A stretch of DNA of 64,000 bases from Eledone cirrhosa (GCA_964016885.1 OZ024762.1:23746001-23810000), one strand, 5' to 3'; positions 11,804 to 26,667 are shown, numbered from the stretch's first letter. Numbers and translations are program-made. Notes: generated by a model not told the origin, from the letters alone.

Positions 11804-13029
11804 ATATGTATGTATGTATATATATATGTATGTATATGTATATATATATGTATGTATATGTATATATATATATGTATGTATATGTATATATATATATATG
11901 TATGTATGTATGTATATGTATATGTATATATATGTATATATACATATATATGTATGTATATATATGTATATGTATATATGTATATATATGTATATGTATA
12001 TATATATATTTGTATGTATATGTATATATATGTATATATATGTATATGCATATATATATATATATGTATGTATATATATATATATGTATGTATATGTATA
12101 TATATATATATGTATGTATATGTATGTATGTATATGTATGTATATGTATATATATATATATGTATGTATATGTATGTATGTATATGTATGTATATGTATA
12201 TATATATTTATGTATAAAAGAGAAAACACAGGTAAGCATTAACAGAAGGATTTAATCCAGGTATTTACGACCGTTTCATTGGTAAGTGCAACCTTATATT
12301 GCTATACTGCAAATAACAGCCACTCAATTATAATTGTATGTATATATATATATATGTATATATAAGTATATATGTATATATAAGTATATATGTATGTATA
12401 TATATATATATGTATATATAAGTATATATGTATATATAAGTATATATGTATGTATATATATGTATATTTATGTATATATATATATATATATATATATAAG
12501 TATATATATGTACATATAAGTATATATATATGTGTATATATAAGTATATATATATATGTATATATATATATGTATATATATATATGTATATATATGTATA
12601 TATATATATGTATATATATGTATATGTATATATATGTATATATATGTATATGTATATATATGTATATATATATGTATATGTATATATATGTATATATGTA
12701 TATATATGTATATATGTATATATATGTATATATGTATATATATATGTATATATGTATATATATATGTATATATGTATATATATATGTATATATATATGTA
12801 TATATGTATGTATATATGTATATGTATATATGTATATATGTATATATATGTATATATGTATGTATATATGTATATATATATATGTATATATGTATATATA
12901 TATATGTGTATATATATGTATATATGTATGTATATATATATGTATATATATACGTATATATGTATGTATATATATATGTATATATATGTATATATATATA
13001 TGTATGTATATATATGTGTATATATATAT
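11010..13029. repeat. ~2-kb compound (TA)n(TG) microsatellite with a ~120-bp insert at 12215-12335
   Basis: Directly visible. The insert carries GAAAC-ggtc-GTA on the minus strand. Confidence 0.9.
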
Positions 13030-13357
13030 GGTATCCAATGATGTTGACTTGTTCTTCTTTTGGTAAATATTATCTTGGTTAAGAGAGTGGGACTGGCTTT
13101 GTGCAGTGCCTTTGCTCACTATAAAAGCTTCACGGCACAGGCATTGCTTTATATCTGGAGATCTCTCTCCACTTGTCGTCACATGGTACCATGGGCCCAG
13201 CACTATGTGTCAATAATTGTCACAAGTGTAGTGTTTGTACCAGAGTTTTCAAGTCGCTGGCTGGACTAAAAAGTCACACTCGTTCAGCGCATCGGTAGGG
13301 GTTCTCCTACATGGATATAAAGTAGTGACCGTACTCGAAAACGATTTGGCAGCCACC
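13029..13357 (+). mobile_element. Bipartite RTE-derived non-autonomous element, copy 1 (5'-truncated)
   Basis: Near-identical to the 3' part of 20711-21317; ends GGCAGCCACC followed by (AT)n. Confidence 0.85.
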
Positions 13358-13615
13358 ATATATGTATGTATGTATATATATGTATATATGTATATATATG
13401 TGTATATATGTATATATATGTATATATATGTTTATATATGTATATATGTATATATATGTATATATATGTATATATATATGTAATATATATATGTATGTAT
13501 ATATATATATGTAATATATGTAATATATATATGTATGTATATGTATATATATATATGTATATGTATATATATATATGTATGTATATATATATATATGTAT
13601 ATATATATATGTATG

Positions 13616-13704
<89 letters not shown>

Positions 13705-13719
13705 GTATATATATATATG

Positions 13720-13750
<31 letters not shown>

Positions 13751-13765
13751 GTATATATATATATG

Positions 13766-13828
<63 letters not shown>

Positions 13829-13871
13829 GTATATATATATATGTATATATATATATGTATATATATATATG

Positions 13872-13918
<47 letters not shown>

Positions 13919-13919
13919 G

Positions 13920-13950
<31 letters not shown>

Positions 13951-13956
13951 GTATAT

Positions 13957-15933
13957 AAGGAAAGAGAACAGGGCCATAGAAAACATTAAAACAAACCCTA
14001 AGGCCTTCTTTAAATTTGCAAAAGAAACTGCCTCAGTACACTGCAAGATTGGACCACTCTTCCACACGGACGGTTCATTAACCGAAAATCCCCAAGAGAT
14101 ATGTGAAATACTGAATGAACAGTACAAAAGTGTCTTCACATGTCCACTGAGGCACATGCAAATAACGAAGCCAGAGGAGTTCTTTGATGCCACAACACTA
14201 CATCAAGAAATGGCAACCATCAACCACATAGACATAACGGAGGAGGATGTGGTGTACGCCATTGATGAAATTAGAACAGACTCGGCTGCTGGACCTGATG
14301 GATTCCCAGCAGTTCTCCTAAAAAAAATATGTAAGCGGGCCTTAGCAACTCCACTGAAGATGCTCTTCAGAAGCTCCTTGGCTAGCGGTGTACTACCCGG
14401 GGAGCTGAAAGAAGGCACAATATGCCCTATCCATAAAGGAGGTAGTAGAGCGGAGGCCAAGAACTATAGGCCAGTCTCCCTGACGTCGCATATCAGTAAG
14501 GTCATGGAGCGAGTCGTCAGAAAGAAACTAATCACTTTCCTCGAAGAAAATGACCGCCTGACTAGCACGCAACATGGCTTCCGCCCAGGAAGAAGCTGCC
14601 TTACACAGCTGCTACATCACTACGACTGGGTACTGAGACAGCTACTAGACAGCTCACATGTAGACGTGATATATCTTGACTTTGCGAAGGCCTTTGACAA
14701 GGTCGACCACGGAATGATATGTCACAAACTACACGGACTCGGCATAACTGGAAAAGTAGGTGAGTGGCTGCATGGCTTCCTGAGGGACAGAAGCCAGGCA
14801 GTCGCAGCAAATGGGGCTCTCTCGAGGGAAACACCGATAACAAGTGGGGTGCCTCAGGGGACAGTCCTGGGACCACTACTGTTTTTGGTGGCTCTCTCGG
14901 ACATGCCCTCTGTGGTGCATGCAACAACATCCCTCACTAGCTATGCTGATGACACTAAGGTAGCACAGGCAATCAAAAACCCGGCTGACACTGCCCTCTT
15001 ACAGCAGGATCTGGATGCCATATACAGATGGGCGGAAGAAAACAACATGCAGTTTAATGCTGGCAAATTCCAAGCCCTACAATACAAACCTGCAAACACA
15101 AACACAAATATAGCGGAACACAGCTACACAGGACCAGGAGGGACCGATATCCCCGTGTCAAAATCGATACGAGACCTGGGCATAGACATGAGCGATGATG
15201 CATCTTTTTCTTCACACATCATGAAGGTGGCGACAGCATGTAGACGATTCGCTGGCTGGATCTTGAGGACTTTCCTTACAAGAGATCGAGACACCATGTT
15301 GACACTGTGGAGGACTTTTGTCCTAAGCCGCCTGGACTACTGCTCCCAGCTGTGGTCACCCCATAGTGTCAAACTAACCACAGAGCTTGAGGCAATCCAG
15401 CGAAGCTACACCAAGAGGATTGCCAAGATGAGGGAGACAAGCTACTGGGAGAGGCTGAAGGAACTGAACCTCTACTCCTTGGAGCGAAGACGGGAGAGAT
15501 ACGCAGTGATCTACATGTGGAAAATCCTGGAGGGACTAGCACCAAACTTTGGCATTGGGAGCTGGACCAACCGTCGAACAGGACGTCACTGTGTGGTGCC
15601 AAAGGTCCCGTCTTCCACATCTAGAATAAGGAGCAGGTATTGCAATAGCCTGGGATTCAAGGGCCCTCAACTCTTCAACAGGCTGCCGAGGCATCTGCGA
15701 GACTTGCATGACGTGGAGGTGGATGTCTTTAAGAAACATCTCGACACCTTGTTATCCAGGATCCCGGATGAGCCCACAGCAAGACACGAGGGAAACCTAA
15801 GGGCAGCAGCAACAAACTCCCTCCTACACCAGTGGCCAACCTATACAGGCTGGAGATAAAGTGTGTAGCAGCAAGGGCGGTGCCCCAGCATGGCCTCAGC
15901 CGGATGGCTGAAACAGGTAAAAGAGTAAAAGAG
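13957..15933 (+). mobile_element. 5'-truncated CR1/L2-group LINE embedded in (TA)n
   Basis: Open RT ORF, then a short 3' UTR ending GTAAAAGA-GTAAAAGA-G; microsatellite on both sides. Confidence 0.9.
13958..15859 (+). CDS. Non-LTR reverse transcriptase (ORF2 C-terminal ~630 aa, endonuclease lost by 5' truncation)
   Basis: [68 protein letters not shown]. The upstream part of the tracked ORF (13535-13957) is microsatellite. Confidence 0.92.
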   Translation, partial: RKENRAIENIKTNPKAFFKFAKETASVHCKIGPLFHTDGSLTENPQEICEILNEQYKSVFTCPLRHMQITKPEEFFDATTLHQEMATINHIDITEEDVVYAIDEIRTDSAAGPDGFPAVLLKKICKRALATPLKMLFRSSLASGVLPGELKEGTICPIHKGGSRAEAKNYRPVSLTSHISKVMERVVRKKLITFLEENDRLTSTQHGFRPGRSCLTQLLHHYDWVLRQLLDSSHVDVIYLDFAKAFDKVDHGMICHKLHGLGITGKVGEWLHGFLRDRSQAVAANGALSRETPITSGVPQGTVLGPLLFLVALSDMPSVVHATTSLTSYADDTKVAQAIKNPADTALLQQDLDAIYRWAEENNMQFNAGKFQALQYKPANTNTNIAEHSYTGPGGTDIPVSKSIRDLGIDMSDDASFSSHIMKVATACRRFAGWILRTFLTRDRDTMLTLWRTFVLSRLDYCSQLWSPHSVKLTTELEAIQRSYTKRIAKMRETSYWERLKELNLYSLERRRERYAVIYMWKILEGLAPNFGIGSWTNRRTGRHCVVPKVPSSTSRIRSRYCNSLGFKGPQLFNRLPRHLRDLHDVEVDVFKKHLDTLLSRIPDEPTARHEGNLRAAATNSLLHQWPTYTGWR

Positions 15934-16219
15934 TATATATATATGTATATGTATATATATGTATATGTATATGTATATATATTTATATGTATATGTATAT
16001 ATATATGTATGTATATATATATGTATATATATGTATATGTATATATATTTATATGTATATGTATATATATTTATATGTATATGTATATATATTTATATAT
16101 ATATGTATGTATATATATATATATATGTATGTATATATATATATATATATATGTATTTATATATATATGTATATATATATATATATATGTATGTATATAT
16201 ATATATATATATATGTATG

Positions 16220-16255
<36 letters not shown>

Positions 16256-16336
16256 TGTATGTATATATATATATATATATATGTATGTATATATATATAT
16301 ATATGTATGTATATATATATATATATGTATGTATGT

Positions 16337-16370
<34 letters not shown>

Positions 16371-16372
16371 GT

Positions 16373-16413
<41 letters not shown>

Positions 16414-16419
16414 TATATG

Positions 16420-16505
<86 letters not shown>

Positions 16506-16525
16506 TATATGTATGTATATATATG

Positions 16526-16562
<37 letters not shown>

Positions 16563-16758
16563 GTATATATATGTATATGTATGTATATATATGTATATAT
16601 ATGTATATGTATATATATATGTATATATATATGTATGTATATACATGTATATACATATATATATACATATATATATATATATACATATATACATATATAT
16701 ACATATATATATACATATATATATATATATACATATATACATATATATACGTATATAC

Positions 16759-16788
<30 letters not shown>

Positions 16789-16789
<1 letters not shown>

Positions 16790-16958
16790 ACGAAGGAAAT
16801 GTGGTAAGGAACCAGGTGGACCGTAAAGCACCAAAGTACTCAATACTTGAGGTAGTAGAGTGGGTAATAGGAACCAGTAAGAGCCCGACAGCTGAGCTCA
16901 AGCCGTTTCGACGGCTAATTCTGGACTAATTAGTCCAGAATTACGTCGAAACGGCTGA
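16789..16958 (-). mobile_element. Family A element with short fold-back
   Basis: Reverse complement of 57870-57993; TAATTCTGGACTAAT-TAGTCCAGAATTA palindrome. Confidence 0.8.
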
Positions 16959-17363
16959 GAGATGACCCCTTAGCCTTTGTCAAGGCAGAATTCTAGGAGA
17001 AGGAAAACTCTGATATAACACCTGCAACCCTGATGGTATCCAATGATGTTGACTTGTTCTTCTTTTTGGTAAATATCATCTTGGTTAAGAGAGTGGGACT
17101 GGCTTTGTGCAGTGCCTTTGCTCACTATAAAAGCTTCACGGCACAGGCATTGCTTTATATCTGGAGATCTCTCTGCACTTGTCGTCACATGGTACCATGG
17201 GCCCAGCACTATGTGTCAATAATTGTCACAAGTGTAGTGTTTGTACCAGAGCTTTCAAGTCGCTGGCTGGACTAAAAAGTCACACTCGTTCAGCGCATCA
17301 GTAGGGGTTCTCCTACATGGATATAAAGTAGTGGCCGTACTCGAAAACGAGTTGGCAGCCACC
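16957..17363 (+). mobile_element. Bipartite RTE-derived element, copy 2
   Basis: Matches 20911-21317. Confidence 0.85.
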
Positions 17364-17882
17364 ATATATATGTATATATATGTATATATATGTATATATA
17401 TGTATATATATGTATATATATGTATATATATGTATATATATGTATATATATATATATATGTATATATGTATATATATATATATATGTATATATGTATATA
17501 TATGTATATATGTATATATATGTATATATATGTATATATATATATGTATATGTATGTATATGTATATATATGTATATATATATATGTATGTATATGTATG
17601 TATATATATATATGTATGTATATGTATGTATATGTATATATGTATGTATATGTATGTATATATATGTATGTATATGTATGTATATATATATATGTATGTA
17701 TATGTATGTATATATATATATGTATGTATATGTATGTATATATATATATGTATGTATATATATATATGTATGTATATGTATGTATGTATATGTATGTATG
17801 TATGTATATGTATATATGTATGTATATATATATATGTATGTATATATATATATGTATGTATATATATATATATATATGTATG

Positions 17883-17913
<31 letters not shown>

Positions 17914-18104
17914 ATATATATGTATGTATATATATATATATATGTATGTATATATATATATATATGTATGTATATATATATGTATGTATATATATATGTA
18001 TGTATATATATATGTATGTATATATGTATGTATATATATATATGTATATATATATGTATGTATATATGTATGTATATATATATATATATATATATACATA
18101 CATA

Positions 18105-18445
18105 TGCAACCCTGATGGTATCCAATGATGTTGACTTGTTCTTCTTTTTGGTAAATATCATCTTGGTTAAGAGAGTGGGACTGGCTTTGTGCAGTGCCTT
18201 TGCTCACTATAAAAGCTTCATGGCACACGCATTGCTTTATATCTGGAGATCTCTCTCCACTTGTCGTCACATGGTACCATGGGCCCAGCACTATGTGTCA
18301 ATAATTGTCACAAGTGTAGTGTTTGTACCAGAGTTTTCAAGTCGCTGGCTGGACTAAAAAGTCACACTCGTTCAGCGCATTGGTAGGGGTTCTCCTACAT
18401 GGATATAAAGTAGTGGCCGTACTCGAAAACGAGTTGGCAGCCACC
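18105..18445 (+). mobile_element. Bipartite RTE-derived element, copy 3
   Basis: Matches 20978-21317. Confidence 0.85.
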
Positions 18446-18884
18446 ATATATATATGTATATACATATGTATGTATATATATATGTATGTATATATATATG
18501 TATATATATGTATATGTATGTATATATATATATGTATGTATATACATATATATGTATGTATATATATATATATGTATATGTATGTATATACATATACATG
18601 TATGTATATATATATATGTATATATATATGTATGTATATATATATATATGTATATGTATGTATATACATATACATGTATGTATATATATTGTATGTATAT
18701 ATATGTATATGTATGTATATACATATACATGTATGTATATATATATGTATATATATGTGTATGTATATATATATGTATGTATATATATATATGTATATGT
18801 ATGTATATACATATACATGTATGTATATATATGTATGTATATACATATACATGTATGTATATATATGTATGTATATACATATAC

Positions 18885-18915
<31 letters not shown>

Positions 18916-19393
18916 TATGTATATGTATGTATATACATATATATGTATGTATATGTATGTATATACATATACATGTATGTATATACATATACATGTATGT
19001 ATATATATATATGTATATATATGTGTATGTATATATATATGTATGTATATATATATATGTATATGTATGTACATACATATACATGTATGTATATATATAT
19101 ATGTATATATATGTGTATGTATATATATATGTATGTATATATATATGTATATATATGTGTATGTATATATACATATATATGTATGTATATATATATGTAT
19201 ATATATATGTGTATGTATATATACATATATATGTATGTATATATATATGTATATGTATATATACATATATATGTATGTATATATATATGTATATATATGT
19301 GTATGTATATATACATATATATACATATGTATATATGTATGTATATATATATGTATATATATGTGTATGTATATATACATATATATACATATG

Positions 19394-19433
<40 letters not shown>

Positions 19434-20710
19434 TGTATATATATATGTATATATATGTATATATATGTATGTATATATGTATATATATGTATATATGTGT
19501 ATATATATGTATATATATATATATGTATATATATATGTATATATATGTATATATATATGTATATATGTATATATATACATATATATATGTATATATATAC
19601 ATATATATATGTATATATATACATATATATATGTATATATATACATATATATATGTATATATATACATATATATATGTATATTTATATGTATATATATGT
19701 ATATATATATGTATATATATATATATATGTATATATATATGTATATATATATGTATATATGTATATATATATGTATATATATATGTATATATATATGTAT
19801 ATATATATGTATATATATATGTATATATATATGTATATATATGTATATATATATGTATATATATGTATATATATATGTATATATATGTATATATATGTAT
19901 ATATATATGTATATATATATGTATATATATATGTATATATATGTCTATATATGTGTATATATATGTATATATATGTGTATATATATGTGTATATATATAT
20001 GTATATGTATGTATGTGTATGTATGTATATATATATATGTATGTGTATATATATGTGTATATATATGTGTATATATATGTATATATATATATGTATATAT
20101 GTATATATATATGTATATATATGTATATATATATATGTATATATATGTATGTATATATATACGTATATATATGTATATATATATATGTATATATATGTAT
20201 ATATATATATATGTATATATATGTATGTATATATATATGTATATATATGTATGTATATATATATGTATATATATGTATATATATGTATATATATATGTAT
20301 GTATATATATATGTATATATATGTATGTATATATATATGTATATATATGTATATATATGTATGTATATATATGTATATATGTGTATATATATGTATATAT
20401 ATGTATATATATATGTGTATATATATGTATATATATATGTATATATATGTATATATATATGTATATATATATGTATATATATATGTATATATATGTATAT
20501 ATATATGTATATATATATGTATATATATATGTATATATATATGTATATATATATGTATATATATACATATATATATATGTATATATATATGTATATATAT
20601 GTGTATATATATGTGTATATATATGTATATATATGTGTATATATATGTATATATGTGTATGTATGTATATATATATATGTATGTATGTGTATGTATGTAT
20701 ATATATATAT
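18446..20710. repeat. ~2.3-kb compound (TA)n(TG)/(TACA) microsatellite
   Basis: Directly visible. Confidence 0.95.
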
Positions 20711-21317
20711 GTCAGGTCACCAGTTGGTGCTACTGGTAACATGTATTCCAGTACAACCTGTCCCATGGTCGGGTCGTTGGCGACTAAACTGGCAACCCCA
20801 CCAAGGTTTCTTGGTGAGGAGGGTGACTTTGGACATCCTGCAGGACTAAAAACAAAACCTGTCAAAAGGCAAAGGAGCTCTTAAGAGTCAATGGCCATCC
20901 AAAATCACCGGGAGAGATGACCCCTTAGCCTTTGTCAAGGCGGAATTCTAGGAGAAGGAAAACTCTGATATAACACCTGCAACCCTGATGGTATCCAATG
21001 ATGTTGACTTGTTCTTCTTTTTGGTAAATATCATCTTGGTTAAGAGAGTGGGACTGGCATTGTGCAGTGCCTTTGCTCACTATAAAAGCTTCACGGCACA
21101 GGCATTGCTTTGTATCTGGAGATCTCTCTGCATTTGTCGTCACATGGTACCATGGCCCAGCACTATGTGTCAATAATTGTCACAAGTGTAGTGTTTGTAC
21201 CAGAGCTTTCAAGTCGCTGGCTGGACTAAAAAGTCACACTCGTTCAGCGCATCAGTAGGGGTTCTCCTACATGGATATAAAGTAGTGGCCGTACTCGAAA
21301 ACGAGTTGGCAGCCACC
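20711..21317 (+). mobile_element. Bipartite RTE-derived element, copy 4 (longest): RTE 5'UTR-like part plus C2H2 finger remnant
   Basis: CTAGGAGAAGGAAAACTCTGA resembles RTE 5' UTRs (recalled). The 3' part encodes [25 protein letters not shown], like the C-terminal zinc finger of some RTE ORFs. Confidence 0.75.
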
Positions 21318-21349
<32 letters not shown>

Positions 21350-21534
21350 GTTTATATATATGTGTATATATATATATGTATATATATATATATGTGTATG
21401 TATATATATGTATATATATGTATATGTATGTATATGTATGTATATATATGTATATCTATATGTATGTATATATATGTATATATATATGTATGTATATATA
21501 TATGTATGTACATATATATATATATATATGTATA

Positions 21535-21665
21535 ATGAAATGGCTTCTACAGGACTAGAACTGTTTTATTCAATGGAAATCACCAGGAAAGCTTTCTTCT
21601 ATACACTCTACTAATGTATTGAGTACCTTACTTACTGTGGTTACCACCAATTGAACCCGGGACTC
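21535..21665. mobile_element. Family B element, rearranged, with decayed hammerhead on the minus strand
   Basis: GGCTTCTACAGGACTAGAACTGTTTT, then GTATTGAGTACCTTACTTACTGTGGTTACC in the opposite orientation. Confidence 0.7.
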
Positions 21666-21760
21666 ATATATATATAGTGTTAAAAAGCACGTGGTTACAT
21701 CCGAAGTTGGTAGAGCACTCAATCTAAAGGACGTGAAAATGAGCAAATTCTCTTTGAATA

Positions 21761-21877
21761 TCTGTTTCTACTTTAGGCACAAGGCCAGCAAATAACCAGT
21801 GCATTACTGGTACTTTATTTTATTGACCCCGTAAGGATGAAAGGCAAAGTCAACCTCGGCGGGATTTGAACTCAGAT
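21761..21877 (-). mobile_element. SINE S1 fragment
   Basis: Reverse complement of B-box, core and tail. Confidence 0.8.
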
Positions 21878-21915
21878 TTGAATATCGTTTACTAATTTGT
21901 TGTGGAACTAACTCT

Positions 21916-21974
<59 letters not shown>

Positions 21975-22015
21975 CTCTCTCTCTCTTTCTATCTCTCTCT
22001 CTCTCTCTCTCTCTG

Positions 22016-22056
<41 letters not shown>

Positions 22057-22549
22057 AATATGGGGAGAAGAATACTGCATCGTTGCACATGGATTACATG
22101 TTATAAAATGAGTCCCTCATAAGTGATTTGCCAACGATCATTGGTATTTCATCGCATTAAAAATCAATATATATATATATATATATACCTCGTTTTTTAA
22201 TCTGTTTTGCAACATTTCTTATCTGAAAACGTGTGTTGAAACAGATATTGTTATACTTTGGGAGGGTCATGTTGTCAATGAAAACACACGCACCTGTTGA
22301 TTTTCACTTCAATTTATTGTTTGGTTGGTTGTTTACTTATTATTTTATCATCAAAGCTCTTTCGACACACACTCTGTGACCTCCTCAGTGACCGATTTTC
22401 TTATTTTGTGTCTCTCTTTTGTTCTGTCCCACACTATCTTGTTTTTGTGTGTAGGGGAACCGACTCTTTCATATTACCACACTCTACTATGCCAAGTATC
22501 GAATACACTGGTGAGTAATGATCTAACTGGTTTTTACTGCATCGATTTT

Positions 22550-22824
<275 letters not shown>

Positions 22825-22922
22825 GCTTAGTTCGGATCTAGCTGCCAAAAACGGCCGGAGGTCAGCCGATGGGGTACTGACTGTTTTCATATATATTATA
22901 TATAATTACAACCGTGACATAA

Positions 22923-22972
22923 ACAGGTACTCAAGTTTCGTTGGGTTCTGGGCCCCAATTTCTTCAGCCTGT
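22923..22972 (-). ncRNA. Type I hammerhead ribozyme, canonical core; predicted cleavage after GUA (between 22928 and 22927)
   Basis: Minus strand reads ACAGG-CTGAAGA-aa TTGGG gcccagaa CCCAA c-GAAA-CT tg AG-TA-CCTGT. Confidence 0.78.
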
Positions 22973-23107
22973 CATGAGAAGAATGGAAAACCAAGATGGC
23001 CGCCTATGGTTGATTGTGTTTCAAACATGACATCTATAACTTTGAATGTTATATATATATAACATTAGATTCAAAGTTTTAGATGTCATGTTTGAAACAC
23101 AATCAAC

Positions 23108-23203
<96 letters not shown>

Positions 23204-23774
23204 TACATATATTACATTCAAAGTTATAGATGTCATGTTTGAGATAATTTCAAATATGTGTCCTGTCTCCAAACGAAGCTCAAAGAACAAATCATTACAA
23301 ACTAGTTTATGACAAACACACACACACACGTGTATATATATTATATGTATATATTGTTATATTTGGGGAGGGTCATATTGTTATAATACTGCCAGAAATA
23401 ATAATAGGACACACTCACTGTTTGGTTTGGATTGGTTTTCCCTTCTGTATCTTTTATATCTCCCTAGTAAATTTATCTGGCTATCAATGTTTATCATTGA
23501 TTGACCAACGGTTAAAAATACAGATATAAATATATATATATATATAGTCTATCAAAGTTCTTGCATCACACACCTGTATATATATATATATATGTGTATA
23601 TATATATATATATATGCTTTTATATTTATATTTATTTCATTTCATTTTATTTTGATCATGCTTTATTTTTATTTTTATTTTTATTCGCACCGTCCCCCCA
23701 ACCCCTTTTTTTTTCGTTATATGTCTCTCCACCACTCCCCTACACACCCTTTGAACTCTCTTCCCACACACTTC

Positions 23775-23875
23775 TCACCTGAGGAAGGGCTTATGCTCGA
23801 AACGTCGTTCCCCACCACCACCCCACTCTCCAGAGCGTGAAATTAATAAACATTCGTTGTTCAAATTTTCCATTC
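23775..23875 (+). mobile_element. pLTR-like element family E with hammerhead core motifs
   Basis: CTGAGGA-a GGGC ttat GCTC-GAAAC GTC, then AATAAA; stem I poorly paired. The 3' part recurs reversed at 48207-48292 and 52641-52726. Confidence 0.55.
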
Positions 23876-24008
23876 TCTCTCTCTCTATATATATATCAAA
23901 AAGTTATTTATCTCTAATATTAAACATCTGGATGCTAAGATAAAATATCGACCCAGAGAAGCAATCAAACATAAGCCAATTTCTCAATTAGGGGGATATA
24001 AGTTAGAC

Positions 24009-26249
24009 CAGGAGCGTGCAACAGGCGGCCCGCGGGACACAACCCTGCCCACCAGACCAGTGAGAGTGGCCCGCAATAACCGTTTTTAATGTTTACCTTG
24101 TAGGCTTATTTAGAATTTTTTTCGTAATTGTAATACAATTTTCTGTTAGTTGACCTATACTAAAGGGCTTCACTGATAGGGTTATGTGTGTTATAATTTC
24201 CCAGTTGACCTATACTAAAGGGCTTCACTGATAGGGTTGTGTGTGTTATAATTTCCCAGTTGACCTATACTAAAGGGCTTCACTGATAGGGTTGTGTGTG
24301 TTATAATTTCCCAGTTGACCTATACTAAAGGGCTTCACTGATAGGGTTGTGTGTGTTATAGTGTCCCAGTTGACCTATACTAAAGGGCTTCACTGATAGG
24401 GTTGTGTGTGTTATAGTGTCCCAGTTGACCTATACTAAAGGGCTTCACTGATAGGGTTGTGTGTGTTATAATTTCCCAGTTGACCTATACTAAAGGGCTT
24501 CACTGATAGGGTTGTATGTTATAATTTCCCAGTTGACCTATACTAAAGGGCTTCACTGATAGGGTTGTGTGTGTTATAATTTCCCAGTTGACCTATACTA
24601 AAGGGCTTCACTGATAGGGTTGTATGTTATAATTTCCCAGTTGACCTATACTAAAGGGCTTCACTGATAGGGTTGTGTGTGTTATAATTTCCCAGTTGAC
24701 CTATACTAAAGGGCTTCACTGATAGGGTTGTGTGTGTTATAATTTCCCAGTTGACCTATACTAAAGGGCTTCACTGATAGGGTTGTATGTTATAATTTCC
24801 CAGTTGACCTATACTAAAGGGCTTCACTGATAGGGTTGTGTGTGTTATAATTTCCCAGTTGACCTATACTAAAGGGCTTCACTGATAGGGTTGTGTGTGT
24901 TATAATTTCCCAGTTGACCTATACTAAAGGGCTTCACTGATAGGGTTATGTGTGTTATAATTTCCCAGTTGACCTATACTAAAGGGCTTCACTGATGGGG
25001 TTGTGTGTGTTATAATTTCCCAGTTGATCTATACTAAAGGGCTTCACTGATAGGGTTATGTGTGTTATAATTTCCCAGTTGACCTATACTAAAGGGCTTC
25101 ACTGATAGGGTTGTATGTGTTATAATTTCCCAGTTGACCTATACTAAAGGGCTTCACTGATAGGGTTGTGTGTGTTATAATTTCCCAGTTGACCTATACT
25201 AAAGGGCTTCACTGATAGGGTTATGTGTGTTATAGTGTCCCAGTTGACCTATACTAAAGGGCTTGACTGATAGGGTTATGTATGTTATAATTTCCCAGTT
25301 GACCTATACTAAAGGGCTTCACTGATAGGGTTATGTGTGTTATAATTTCCCAGTTGACCTATACTAAAGGGCTTCACTGATAGGGTTATGTGTGTTATAA
25401 TTTCCCAGTTGACCTATACTAAAGGGCTTCACTGATAGGGTTGTATGTTATAATTCCCCAGTTGACCTATACTAAAGGGCTTCACTGATAGGGTTGTATG
25501 TTATAATTTCCCAGTTGACCTATACTAAAGGGCTTGACTGATAGGGTTATGTATGTTATAATTTCCCAGTTGACCTATACTAAAGGGCTTCACTGATAGG
25601 GTTATGTGTGTTATAATTTCCCAGTTGACCTATACTAAAGGGCTTCACTGATAGGGTTGTATGTTATAATTTCCCAGTTGACCTATACTAAAGGGCTTCA
25701 CTGATAGGGTTGTGTGTGTTATAATTTCCCAGTTGACCTATACTAAAGGGCTTCACTGATAGGGTTGTGTGTGTTATAATTTCCCAGTTAACCTATACTA
25801 AAGGGCTTCACTGATAGGGTTATGTGTGTTATAATTTCCCAGTTGACCTATACTAAAGGGCTTCGCTGATAGGGTTATGTGTGTTATAATTTCCCAGTTG
25901 ACCTATACTAAAGGGCTTCACTGATAGGGTTATGTGTGTTATAATTTCCCAGTTGACCTATACTAAAGGGATTCACTGATAGGGTTATGTTATGCGTGTT
26001 ATAATTTCCCAGTTGACCTATACTAAAGGGCTTCACTGATAGGGTTATGTGTGTTATAATTTCCCAGTTGACCTATACTAAAGGGCTTTACTGATAGGGT
26101 TATGTTATGTGTGTTATAATTTCCCAGTTCCATGTTATGGAGAGAAGTTGTGGTGAATCTTTGGATTAGTGCTTAATAAATATTAATGACCCTAATAGTT
26201 GTTCTAATCGTCAAAAGTGGCCGCCAATGGAATATGGTACACACCCCTG
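24009..26249. mobile_element. hAT-type non-autonomous transposon (MITE) enclosing a minisatellite
   Basis: 8-bp TSD AGTTAGAC at 24001-24008 and 26250-26257; imperfect TIRs CAGGAGCGTGCAAC / GGTACACACCCCTG; subterminal GGCCCGC motifs. Confidence 0.85.
24148..26129. repeat. 55-bp (53-60) minisatellite, ~36 units
   Basis: CCCAGTTGACCTATACTAAAGGGCTTCACTGATAGGGTTGTGTGTGTTATAATTT at 24200, 24255 and so on. Confidence 0.95.
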
Positions 26250-26623
26250 AGTTAGACCAACTAAAATAAGCCAGTTATATATATATAATAACCGGGGTCG
26301 CGAATGCTAGGGGTACACCGTATTATATATATATAATACGGTATAGCCCTAGTACGCGGAATTTTCCTTAGAATTTAACTCATAATTGTTGGTGGAAACC
26401 ACGGCATATTCACGGGATCGTAAATATCGTTCGCGGTTTTTTAATGGCTTTTCTCGTGACAATATATATTTTATGAATTATTAGTAACAATATACCGTAT
26501 TTGCCGGCTTATATTTTACGTTGTTTTGACGCTTATAGGTATTTTTATGGACCACATCCAATATTCGCGTTTTTTCACTCTTCGTCGGTGTTTTAGGAAC
26601 GTAACGCGCGCGAATACCGGGGG

Positions 26624-26667
<44 letters not shown>

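Noticed and set aside
11074-20884. Very long YI/VCMY-rich ORFs (up to 853 aa)
   Set aside because: Translations of (TA/TG)n, which lacks stop codons; not genes.
21067-21258. Stand-alone C2H2 zinc-finger gene
   Set aside because: Remnant of an RTE C-terminus inside a repeated element; the frame is not kept in the other three copies.
24148-26129. Regular arrays resembling CRISPR (also 1-992, 35157-36420, 27120-27834)
   Set aside because: No unique spacers, no cas genes and a eukaryotic context; these are head-to-tail minisatellites.
26289-26628. CpG-rich TA-flanked island with a small inverted repeat
   Set aside because: Probably another mobile fragment, but I could not identify a ribozyme core, TIRs or a second copy.
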